Source: Promethearchaeota archaeon
GTDB lineage: Archaea > Asgardarchaeota > Heimdallarchaeia > Hodarchaeales > Hodarchaeaceae
Assembly (NCBI GenBank): GCA_048938105.1
Contig: JBHLMN010000014.1
Span: 1 to 64,000, forward strand
DNA length: 64,000 bases
Direction: 5' to 3'
Shown here: positions 39,844 through 48,544 of the stretch, piece by piece
Layout of the letters: each line of letters starts with the position of its first letter
How positions within the stretch are numbered: the first letter of the stretch is position 1
The notes under the pieces: model-generated
The model's database searches: none
Seen by the model: only the letters and a program-made list of their open reading frames with translations
What the model was told of the DNA's origin: nothing
Program-made: the position numbers and the translations under genes

Positions 39844-41555
39844 CTTCAGAAACAAATAGTAGTGAAAAGCTTCCAATAAATGAAAAGAATAGCAATCTAG
39901 TTGAAATTAAAAGAAATCGTAAAGAATGGGAAAGTGTGTATGAAGAATCTGTAAAAAAACATCCAGAACGACTGTTGAAGTTCATGACAACTTCCAGTAA
40001 ACCTATCAATAGGATATACGATCCAACAGATCTTCCTACAAATTGGAACTATATAGAAGCCTTAGGATACCCAAGTATGTTCCCATTCACTCGTGGTGTT
40101 CAACCAACCATGTATCGTGGGCGGTTATGGACGATGCGTCAATTTGCTGGATTTGGAAGCGCTGAAGATACAAATAAGAGATTTAAATTTCTCTTAGCAA
40201 ATGGTATGACGGGATTAAGTGTTGCTTTCCACCTTCCTACAATATACGGTCGTGAATCAGATCATCCTATGTCACTTGGAGAAGTGGGTAAACTTGGAGT
40301 TGCTATTGATACATTAAAGGACATGGAAATCTTGTTTGATGGGATTCCCCTAGATCAAGTTACTACCTCTATGACCATCAATGCTCCAGCTTCAATATTA
40401 CTTGCTATGTACATTGCAGTAGCAGAGAAACAAGGAGTTTCTCCTGCTAAAATTGGTGGAACTATTCAGAATGACATTCTTAAGGAATTTATCGCTCAGA
40501 AGTCCTATATTTTTCCACCTAAACCATCAATGCGTATCATTGTGGATATTATTAAGTACTGTTCTGAGCATGTTCCTCGTTGGAATACAATCTCAATTTC
40601 TGGATATCATATCCGCGAAGCGGGGTCAACTGCTGCCCAAGAGCTAGCTTTTACTTTAGTAGATGGATTAGAATATGTAAAATGGGCTGTAAATGCGGGA
40701 ATGGACATCGATGATTTTGCTCCTAGATTGTCTTTCTTTTTTAATTCTCATAATGATCTGTTTGAAGAAATAGCTAAATATCGTGCTGCTCGACGAATTT
40801 GGGCCAAGCACATTAAGAAATACTCTCCTAAGAATCCTCGTTCTATGTGGTTACGATTTCATACTCAAACTGCTGGATGTTCCTTAACAGCTCAACAACC
40901 ATACAATAATGTTGTTAGAACCACGATTCAAGCCTTAGCAGCTATATTAGGTGGAACTCAGTCTCTTCACACAAACTCGTTAGATGAGGCGTTAGCTTTA
41001 CCTAGTGAAGAAGCAGTTGAGGTTGCATTGCGTACTCAACAAATTCTTGCTCATGAAAGCGGTGTCACAAATACAATTGATCCATTGGCTGGAAGTTATT
41101 ACATTGAAACATTGACAAATGAAATGGAAGAACAAGCTGAGGAATATTTTCATAAAATTCAGCAGCTAGGGGGCGTTATTCCTGCGATTGAAAAAGGATT
41201 TTTTCAACAAGAAATCTCTAATGCAGCATATCAGTACCAGAAAGAAATCGAGAAAAATCAAAGAGTGATTGTTGGAGTTAATGAATTCTGTACAGGGGAA
41301 AAAATCAAGGTGCCACTTCTTCTGATCGGAGAAAACGTAGCTAAACGTCAAATAGCACGATTACATCACACTAAAAAAGATCGTGACAACGAAGCAGTAA
41401 GAAGAGCTTTAGCTGAAGTGCGTGAAGCGGCTGAAGGCACCAAGAATTTAATGCCTCCAATTTTAAAGGCTGTGAAGGCGTATGCGTCCGTTGGTGAAAT
41501 ATGTGATGTTCTACGAGAGGTATTTGGGGAATGGAAAGGAGACCAATTGATCTAA
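39840..41555 (+). CDS. B12-dependent acyl-CoA mutase large subunit, isobutyryl-CoA mutase-type active site
   Basis: PFTRGVQPTMYRGRLWTMRQFAGFG, QNDILKEFIAQK, SISGYHIREAG and GGTQSLHTNSLDE. Confidence 0.92.
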   Translation: MTSETNSSEKLPINEKNSNLVEIKRNRKEWESVYEESVKKHPERLLKFMTTSSKPINRIYDPTDLPTNWNYIEALGYPSMFPFTRGVQPTMYRGRLWTMRQFAGFGSAEDTNKRFKFLLANGMTGLSVAFHLPTIYGRESDHPMSLGEVGKLGVAIDTLKDMEILFDGIPLDQVTTSMTINAPASILLAMYIAVAEKQGVSPAKIGGTIQNDILKEFIAQKSYIFPPKPSMRIIVDIIKYCSEHVPRWNTISISGYHIREAGSTAAQELAFTLVDGLEYVKWAVNAGMDIDDFAPRLSFFFNSHNDLFEEIAKYRAARRIWAKHIKKYSPKNPRSMWLRFHTQTAGCSLTAQQPYNNVVRTTIQALAAILGGTQSLHTNSLDEALALPSEEAVEVALRTQQILAHESGVTNTIDPLAGSYYIETLTNEMEEQAEEYFHKIQQLGGVIPAIEKGFFQQEISNAAYQYQKEIEKNQRVIVGVNEFCTGEKIKVPLLLIGENVAKRQIARLHHTKKDRDNEAVRRALAEVREAAEGTKNLMPPILKAVKAYASVGEICDVLREVFGEWKGDQLI

Positions 41556-41570
41556 ATGAGATTATCATAG

Positions 41571-41984
41571 GTGAGAAAGGTGACGCGGAAGATAAGAGTT
41601 TTATTAGCAAAACCTGGATTAGATGGTCATGATCGTGGGGTAAAAGTTGTCGCAAGAGCATTGAGAGACGCTGGAATGGAGGTGATTTATACTGGACTCC
41701 ATAAAAGTCCAGAACAGATAGTAGAAGCAGCATTACAAGAAGATGTAGATGTCATCGGATTATCAAGTTTAAGTGGGTCACATATGGCACTATTTCCACA
41801 GATTATAGAATTACTTAAACAAAATGATATGATAAACGATACTCTTGTAATTGCTGGGGGTATCATTCCTGATGTAGACCTCCCGACGTTGAATGAAATC
41901 GGAATAAAAGGAATTTTTGGCCCTGGAACTGATACTACTGACATAGTAAATTTTATCAGGGCAAATCTTAAGAGATCTTTGTAA
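41571..41984 (+). CDS. Acyl-CoA mutase small, cobalamin-binding subunit
   Basis: [10 protein letters not shown] (DxHxxG), GLSSLSGSH and GGIIP. Confidence 0.95.
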   Translation: MRKVTRKIRVLLAKPGLDGHDRGVKVVARALRDAGMEVIYTGLHKSPEQIVEAALQEDVDVIGLSSLSGSHMALFPQIIELLKQNDMINDTLVIAGGIIPDVDLPTLNEIGIKGIFGPGTDTTDIVNFIRANLKRSL

Positions 41985-42027
41985 GAGAATCCACTATAAG
42001 ATTGCCTAAGGATTGAAGGCTGAAAAG

Positions 42028-42174
42028 ATGACGACCTATCTATGTCAAAAATGCCATCAGGAAATTGATCCTGCGGAGTTAGAAACTTTACCTGGGATTC
42101 GGTGTATTATTTGCGGTCACCGAATATTATTGAAAAAACGTCCCCCAATTATCAAACGGTTGAAGACAGATTGA
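42028..42174 (+). CDS. rpoP: RNA polymerase subunit P (Rpo12), absent from the ORF track
   Basis: Manual translation MTTYLCQKCHQEIDPAELETLPGIRCIICGHRILLKKRPPIIKRLKTD. Confidence 0.93.
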   Translation: MTTYLCQKCHQEIDPAELETLPGIRCIICGHRILLKKRPPIIKRLKTD

Positions 42175-42339
42175 ATCAAGTAAAAAGAGAATTTCTATAT
42201 CCTATTGATGCCAGCTAACAGGCAAAAGGGTGAGATTTAAAGTCTTTAATTTTCGATAGGTTTATATTCTCTTAGGAATAAAAAAAAGGCAGCTGATAAA
42301 ATATTCAGCTAACAAAAAATTTGAGGTTAATATGTCAAA

Positions 42340-42651
42340 ATGGGTAGTATATGCAAGACCTGCGGTCTGCCAATAGAGTTATGCGCTTGTTCTGATATCG
42401 CAAAAGAGGAACAAACCTCAATTCGGGTTTTCATTGAGAAACGAAAATGGGGACGTGAGGTAACAGTCATTGATGGGCTATCTAAGGATATTAATCTAAA
42501 AAGCCTATCTAAACGCCTAAAAAAGAGTTTAGCTACAGGTGGGACTACTAAAGACGGCCGAATTGAGCTACAGGGAAATTTTCTCCGCTTAATAGCCCCC
42601 ATCCTTATCAATGAGGGATTTCCTGAAACTTCTATTGAGCTACGCGAGTAA
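42340..42651 (+). CDS. Translation initiation factor aIF1 (SUI1 homolog)
   Basis: CKTCGLPIELCAC, GREVTVIDG and LATGGT.KDGRIELQG. Confidence 0.96.
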   Translation: MGSICKTCGLPIELCACSDIAKEEQTSIRVFIEKRKWGREVTVIDGLSKDINLKSLSKRLKKSLATGGTTKDGRIELQGNFLRLIAPILINEGFPETSIELRE

Positions 42652-42781
42652 TTCTCGCAATTAAACCGACAGAATAATACTTTTCCCTAAAATGGAAGGG
42701 TTAGAATATAGTAAGAATAGACGCTGTACTTCTTGCTTTCGATAACAACTCGGAACTGATAGAATAGGTTTGTAATATTAT

Positions 42782-43102
42782 TTAATCTTGTGGTGTCTCT
42801 ATAGCTTCCACAAAGCGTTTTCCTGAAATCACTTGATCAATAGAATGAATAGAACCATGTAATTCCTTGATTGTTTTAGAAATGAGGTCGAAATCCATAT
42901 TAGAACCCTCAATCACAACTTTTAAGTTCTCGGTTTTTGCATCTACTTCAACTAGTGTACAGTTCACTGCAGCTACTCCATCTACTTGTTCTAAAGCTGT
43001 TGCAAAAGAAACTATAGACGGATCATGAAGTTTTAACACATCCAACACAAGCCGACGAACACCGCTCTTTTGTGAGTCTTTTCCTTTTTCTGAATCAGTC
43101 AT
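42782..43102 (-). CDS. DUF211 family protein
   Basis: RRLVLDVLK.H.P and GSIHSIDQV.SG. Confidence 0.88.
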   Translation of the reverse strand: MTDSEKGKDSQKSGVRRLVLDVLKLHDPSIVSFATALEQVDGVAAVNCTLVEVDAKTENLKVVIEGSNMDFDLISKTIKELHGSIHSIDQVISGKRFVEAIETPQD

Positions 43103-43214
43103 TTATATTAGGATCTCCAAGTGTATCCAATTTTGAAGAGAAAATGCTGATGAGAGCTTTCTCACAAAAAAGATTTAAACCTTTACAGAAGAATTACACT
43201 GGTGTGACATTTAA

Positions 43215-43538
43215 ATGTCTGATTTATCGAAGTTTCTTCCTAAAAAAAGAAATGAAAAACCATCGACATCATTAAAAAACCAAAAAACTAAACCTAGAAT
43301 TATAGATCGAAAAAGATCTCCCTTTTCATTAGAACAATTAAGTAAGGAGCAGCTGATTAATCTACTAGAACCTGTAATGGCTGCGATCCCAGGTTTTGCA
43401 GCCAATTTAGCTTGGACACGTCAAAAAATTCTCCCACAAAATCCTACAATTCATCCTGAAGAGTTAGCGCAACAATTAGCAATTCCTTTGCTTGAAGCTT
43501 ATGTAATTTTAGCGCAGCTCCAATCAGGCCAAGACTAG
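43215..43538 (+). CDS. Hypothetical protein with a C-terminal HTH-like segment
   Basis: IHPEELAQQLAIPLLEAYVIL. Confidence 0.6.
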   Translation: MSDLSKFLPKKRNEKPSTSLKNQKTKPRIIDRKRSPFSLEQLSKEQLINLLEPVMAAIPGFAANLAWTRQKILPQNPTIHPEELAQQLAIPLLEAYVILAQLQSGQD

Positions 43539-44842
43539 CTAGTATCGGAATGGAACATGAGCCCAGCTATCTCTTGATACGAAGTTAATTTATTTAAAGC
43601 ATCAATACAGCTTTTTATCAGAGGTGCGTTTTGTAATTCTTCCGCTTTTGTTTTTGCTGACTCAAGTTCTTGCTGAGCTTCTTTGAAATGCTCTATCGCT
43701 TCTGGAATCATCTCATCATACTCTGTTACCGCTTGGCAAAACAGTTGCATAGCTTTGAAGTAGCTGATTTGTGGCTCGAAATTATCCCTTAAGGACTCAC
43801 TAGGTATTTTTTGAAGAACTTTTTCCAATGTTTGGCTTGCATAAGAAAATTGAAGAGCAGCCTGCTCATTGTTATCTTGTATCATAAGATTTTTAGCCGT
43901 TGCTTCGTAATATGAAGAATATTGGATTTGTTCTTGAAGTTCGTACTCTATACTTTGGCGAATATTGTTTAAAGAATGGTAGAGTTGAGCTGATTTCTGA
44001 TAGCTGTCTTTTGCAGGATTAAATTGTTCTGCTTCTGACCTTTCTAGGCCTTGAGTAAAGAGTGTCTCTGCTTGATGTTCTAGTTTTTCTAAAGTCAGTA
44101 AAACAATATCATCATGTATTTTTTCTACAAACGATTGGAGTTTGGGTCGGCCAAGAAATGAAGCTTTTTTAAAATTTTTAAGGGCCTCATACAGATCATT
44201 AGAGTTATTGGAATTCTTTCCTCGCAACCGATAAAGGTGACCTGTTGAATAAAAGATATTACTCAAAGAATCAAAATAATGATCATAGTCATTATTACTC
44301 TGTTCAGTCATCAATTCATTATTATACCTATTTATTGTTTCAACATATAAGACATCAGCTTGTACAATGTCATTTTCGGCTTCTGCTACCTGTGCTCGGG
44401 TTTCCTGTATTCGAGCATCAATCCGTAACACAAGACGATCAATATCATATTGGAGTTGAGCATATAAATCAGGAAATTGGGTTTGAGTCTCTAATATGGC
44501 AGACTGTATTTTTTGATAAGAATTAAGGGCTTTTTTTGCCCGATTGCTGAAAAATATGAATTCAGAGTTATTGAATTGACGTAGATGTTGGAGAATGCGT
44601 ATGTAGAATTCTTTTTCAGGAAAATCCATTGATACTAAAGTTTCACCAAGGTTATCACATTGGTTTACCGTTTCAACCGTTTCATCTGCTGAAAGGCGAT
44701 ATTTTTGCTTTAGAATCTTTTTAACTTCCACTAATATGCTCTCATCGGACAAGCGATAGCCCTCTGTATTATTTAGATATCTTGATCTTTTATTGCATCT
44801 TCTCATTAAGTCGTAGTTCTCTATAAATAGGGTTCGAATCAA
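43535..44842 (-). CDS. All-helical (TPR/SNAP-like) hypothetical protein
   Basis: Repeated A...Y/F..A helical hairpins. The start probably lies further downstream (LSDESIL). Confidence 0.7.
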   Translation of the reverse strand: MIRTLFIENYDLMRRCNKRSRYLNNTEGYRLSDESILVEVKKILKQKYRLSADETVETVNQCDNLGETLVSMDFPEKEFYIRILQHLRQFNNSEFIFFSNRAKKALNSYQKIQSAILETQTQFPDLYAQLQYDIDRLVLRIDARIQETRAQVAEAENDIVQADVLYVETINRYNNELMTEQSNNDYDHYFDSLSNIFYSTGHLYRLRGKNSNNSNDLYEALKNFKKASFLGRPKLQSFVEKIHDDIVLLTLEKLEHQAETLFTQGLERSEAEQFNPAKDSYQKSAQLYHSLNNIRQSIEYELQEQIQYSSYYEATAKNLMIQDNNEQAALQFSYASQTLEKVLQKIPSESLRDNFEPQISYFKAMQLFCQAVTEYDEMIPEAIEHFKEAQQELESAKTKAEELQNAPLIKSCIDALNKLTSYQEIAGLMFHSDTS

Positions 44843-44906
44843 CGTCTATATATTTGTTTATGTAAAAACTCTTTTGACGATGAACCAGACATTGGACTGA
44901 AAATAG

Positions 44907-45935
44907 GTGAATATCGTGAGTGATTGGACATCTGAAGAAGGAATAACGGAAGAAGAGAAGATTTACTACTATCGAAAGGCTGGCCAGATTGGATATGAAG
45001 TTCTGAACAGCGTGAAAGATATGATTAAACCTGACATACCTATTATTCAGATTTGTGAAACTGCGGAGGAGATGATACTCAAGAAAGGGGCTGATGGGTT
45101 TGGTTTTCCAACCAATGTGTCTATTAACCATATTGCAGCTCACTATTCCAGTCCTTATGGTGATGAAAGTGTGATACCTGATGAAGGAAGTATCAAACTA
45201 GATATTGGTATTCACTGTAATGGATATATTGCTGATACTGCAACAACAGTTATTCTTTCTCCTGAGTTAAAAGAATTGAAAACAGCCGCTGAAGAAGGAT
45301 TTAATGCAGCGATGGAAATTATTCAGGCTGGAACTTTACCATCAGTTGTGGGAAAACGAATTGAAGAGACAATCACAAGCTATGGATATCGTCCAATCAG
45401 AGAACTAACAGGTCATAAACTTGGAAGATATGAATTGCATGGAGATAAACGATTACCGAATATTAGTTCCCCCTATGACCCTGTAGAAAGCGCTTTAGAT
45501 GTTGGTGAGGCTTACGCGTTAGAAACTTTTGCCTCATCAGGAACAGGTAGTATTCATGAGGTAGTTGGTACAAAAACTATTTACATGCTTCTCCCAAGAC
45601 GTGTACCTTTACGTAATCCTGTTTCACGAAAGATCTACTCAACCGCCTATAAGAACTATAAAACCTTACCTTTTGCAGAGCGATGGTTAACAACATATGA
45701 TGATTTCAATCGTGCAAGGGTTCGTTTTGCATTACGTGAACTTCTGAATGGAGGGGGTGTTATTGCTTATCCACCTTTAGCTGATGAGAAAGGGAGTTAT
45801 ATTGCCCAACATGAACATACATTCATTATTACCAAGGATGAGGGTGTAATTATTACAACACAACCCCCATTTGATTATGAAATGCCAGATAGCCTGCATG
45901 AAAAACCAGATACTGTCGTTGAGGAAGAGAAATGA
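44907..45935 (+). CDS. map: Methionine aminopeptidase type II
   Basis: FPTNVSINHIAAHY, DIGIHCNGYIADTA, LTGH, ETFA and AQHEHT, with the type II insert. Confidence 0.97.
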   Translation: MNIVSDWTSEEGITEEEKIYYYRKAGQIGYEVLNSVKDMIKPDIPIIQICETAEEMILKKGADGFGFPTNVSINHIAAHYSSPYGDESVIPDEGSIKLDIGIHCNGYIADTATTVILSPELKELKTAAEEGFNAAMEIIQAGTLPSVVGKRIEETITSYGYRPIRELTGHKLGRYELHGDKRLPNISSPYDPVESALDVGEAYALETFASSGTGSIHEVVGTKTIYMLLPRRVPLRNPVSRKIYSTAYKNYKTLPFAERWLTTYDDFNRARVRFALRELLNGGGVIAYPPLADEKGSYIAQHEHTFIITKDEGVIITTQPPFDYEMPDSLHEKPDTVVEEEK

Positions 45936-46178
45936 ATTCAAAAGGCTATTAAAGCATTTTAATCTCTCAAACTGTGATTTTAACGTTAAATCTCCTTTTT
46001 CATAATTAAAAAGGAAGTATTTTATCTTAAATCACTGACTTATTCCTTAAGGTTTTTACATAAAACTTGTGTTCATAAAATCCTTCCTATGAGGAAGAAT
46101 AACACTACTGATTATAATAAAAATCATGAATGGTATGATGTAGTTAAATAGCTGTTTGGTACACTGGAATAATCTATC

Positions 46179-48170
46179 GTGGTTGAATTGAGCTCTTCAT
46201 CCGATTTAAAGAGAATCCTCTATACTCTTCGCAAGAAAGGAGTCATCGATGAGAATCAGTTCGTCCAAGCTCTTGATAAACTAAAAAAGCCTTCTAAATC
46301 TGTTCAAAATCAATTAGTACCCTTATTGGATATGTTTGGACTATATAACATTGATGTAGAGTTACAGAAACTTGATCGTTATCTTATAAATATCGAAAAG
46401 TCAATTAGGGAAACAATTCAGACTTGGGAGACAGGAGAATTATCGAAAGATGAGACAAAAGCTGTTCTGACAAAACTAGTCTCGCAGAAAAATGCACTAA
46501 TTCATAACCGTGAAAAACTTCAACATCGCATTCAAACAACGGTATCACGATTAAAAACTTTGAAAAAAACATCTAATTTTGATTTAGAAGGTTTTACTTC
46601 GTCCCTTCTTCAGAGTGCTGATGTAGAAAAAATGACCAATCTTATTATAGAGTTCACAGATATTTGGTCAAAATATTCCCCAGAAGGATCCGAATATGAA
46701 CTTAAACAAGTGCCTGAAGAGCTAGATGAAGTCGAGCTCGAGATTTTACAATCCTTAATGGTTCCAATAACTGAAAAAGAAAGAATCGTATTCAATTTAG
46801 ATGATATTATTCAACCTGTAGATCAAAATAGGAATTCTTCATTATCCTTGCTTGGAGATAAGAACCAAAAGGAGGTATTCTCAGACGACGTTCATATTGA
46901 TCGTGAAAGTTATGTTCAAAAACAAGAAAGGCTATCTTCATGGGAATTGGTCGGATTGGTTGCATTTAATCCCAATAAGAGCCCCATAGGGTATTTTCGT
47001 TCGCCAATTGTAGTAAATGAGACCATTTTTCTACCTGTTGTTAATGAAGAAACATTATCTACGCACGTACTAAAAGAAAAATATGAGGATTTTTTCAAAC
47101 AAGCTAAGCTTGATTTAACCGTAACAACGACTCAGCAGATTAGAGCAACTATAGCTAAGACTTTGAAGATTCCAGAAGGATTGACATTACAACCTTCTTT
47201 TTTTAATCAATGGATAAGCGATCTAGGTTTTGAAGCAACACCTGCCAAACCACAATTGAATAAAGTACGGTTTGTTGAGCTTGATACAATTGACTGTTCT
47301 TCTTCAGATATGCCGATCGTTAAAAACGAAGAATTAAAAACAATCAGCATTCCTGCGTGGATTCCTGCTCGTGGAGGAAATGTTTCAAAACCAGTGCACA
47401 TTGAACAAAAAATCATTGGGATGGCAGGGTCAAACTTTGGAGTAATTGTCGGAATTATGAATGACACCCCTTTTGGCCAAGCATTGGTCATTAAACGGGA
47501 GATCCCTCCCTCTTATCTGTTAGATTTGTATTTAAAAGGACTTGGGAAAGAAAATCTCGCTGAACTTCGATTTACCTTTGCAAAAGAGCTGAATATAGGA
47601 GAAGGAGAGGCTTTTCGCGAAGATAGTTTGTGGATGGTAAATAATCAAGAACGTCTGCTAATATCCCCTCATGAGATTACAGTATCATATTATTCAGTCC
47701 TTCCAGCTGAAGCATTCACGTTTTCAGAAATAATTCGTGCCAAAATCGGAGTATATTTCCATTCGGTTCCAGAAACCTTCCGCTATCTGATTGGCAAACC
47801 ATTAACTGGAACAGACACAAAATTGGGTTTGATTTATGGTTTTTCAGTTCATCAAGGGGAATTGTACATCCTTTGGTCCTCTAAAACTGCTGTTAATATA
47901 ATAAAAGAGATAGGGAGGAAGTCTTCAGATCAATATGTTAATCGTTTACAGCGTCGGATTTCTCTTGCATTAGATATTCCTCTTGAAGAAAGTTTATGGC
48001 CAAGTAATCTAGCACGATATTTCATGAACTTCATATGGATGGAAGAACAGCTAACATTGAAAAAGGCACTTGTTACTATCGAAGAACAATTCTCTTTACA
48101 AAAGATATCATTCTCGGAAATTACCGAAATAACCAAAGATGGTCTGAAATGCAAAGGAAATCATGGTTAA
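46179..48170 (+). CDS. Coiled-coil protein with three repeated PRC-barrel-like modules
   Basis: The internal triplication is visible by eye (see finding). The fold assignment is an inference. Confidence 0.6.
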   Translation: MVELSSSSDLKRILYTLRKKGVIDENQFVQALDKLKKPSKSVQNQLVPLLDMFGLYNIDVELQKLDRYLINIEKSIRETIQTWETGELSKDETKAVLTKLVSQKNALIHNREKLQHRIQTTVSRLKTLKKTSNFDLEGFTSSLLQSADVEKMTNLIIEFTDIWSKYSPEGSEYELKQVPEELDEVELEILQSLMVPITEKERIVFNLDDIIQPVDQNRNSSLSLLGDKNQKEVFSDDVHIDRESYVQKQERLSSWELVGLVAFNPNKSPIGYFRSPIVVNETIFLPVVNEETLSTHVLKEKYEDFFKQAKLDLTVTTTQQIRATIAKTLKIPEGLTLQPSFFNQWISDLGFEATPAKPQLNKVRFVELDTIDCSSSDMPIVKNEELKTISIPAWIPARGGNVSKPVHIEQKIIGMAGSNFGVIVGIMNDTPFGQALVIKREIPPSYLLDLYLKGLGKENLAELRFTFAKELNIGEGEAFREDSLWMVNNQERLLISPHEITVSYYSVLPAEAFTFSEIIRAKIGVYFHSVPETFRYLIGKPLTGTDTKLGLIYGFSVHQGELYILWSSKTAVNIIKEIGRKSSDQYVNRLQRRISLALDIPLEESLWPSNLARYFMNFIWMEEQLTLKKALVTIEEQFSLQKISFSEITEITKDGLKCKGNHG

Positions 48171-48445
48171 AATCCGATGACAAAGACACACTAGTAATAG
48201 TTAATGTGAAAACTCTTCAAAAAGAAGATCAGTTTATTGTCAATGAAGAAAGCCTTGTAGTAACAGTTAAGGCTCCTCCTACCAAGGGAAAGGCAAATAG
48301 AAAGCTTTTGAGAATGTTTCGGAAAAAATTCCACACAGATGTCATATTGGAGTCAGGGCAGACTAGCTCAACAAAGGTCTTTCGACTTAGGAGCTTATCA
48401 CCACAACAAGTAATAGAATTCTTAGGAGAGGAAGAGATGAAGTAA
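48149..48445 (+). CDS. DUF167/YggU (UPF0235) family protein
   Basis: VKAPPTKGKAN..L and SGQTSSTK. Start re-set to the ATG at 48149, which overlaps the upstream gene. Confidence 0.88.
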   Translation: MQRKSWLKSDDKDTLVIVNVKTLQKEDQFIVNEESLVVTVKAPPTKGKANRKLLRMFRKKFHTDVILESGQTSSTKVFRLRSLSPQQVIEFLGEEEMK

Positions 48446-48544
48446 CAAGATAATCTCCGCAGCAGATTCTAATGAATCCTAGCAAACAAATAAAAAAAAT
48501 AATCTAAGAAAAATGAAAAGAAAGATGGAGTGAGATCACTCATC

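Noticed and set aside
48035-48148. N-terminal extension of the YggU ORF as given in the track
   Set aside because: It overlaps the upstream gene by more than 130 nt; the ATG at 48149 gives the usual family length.
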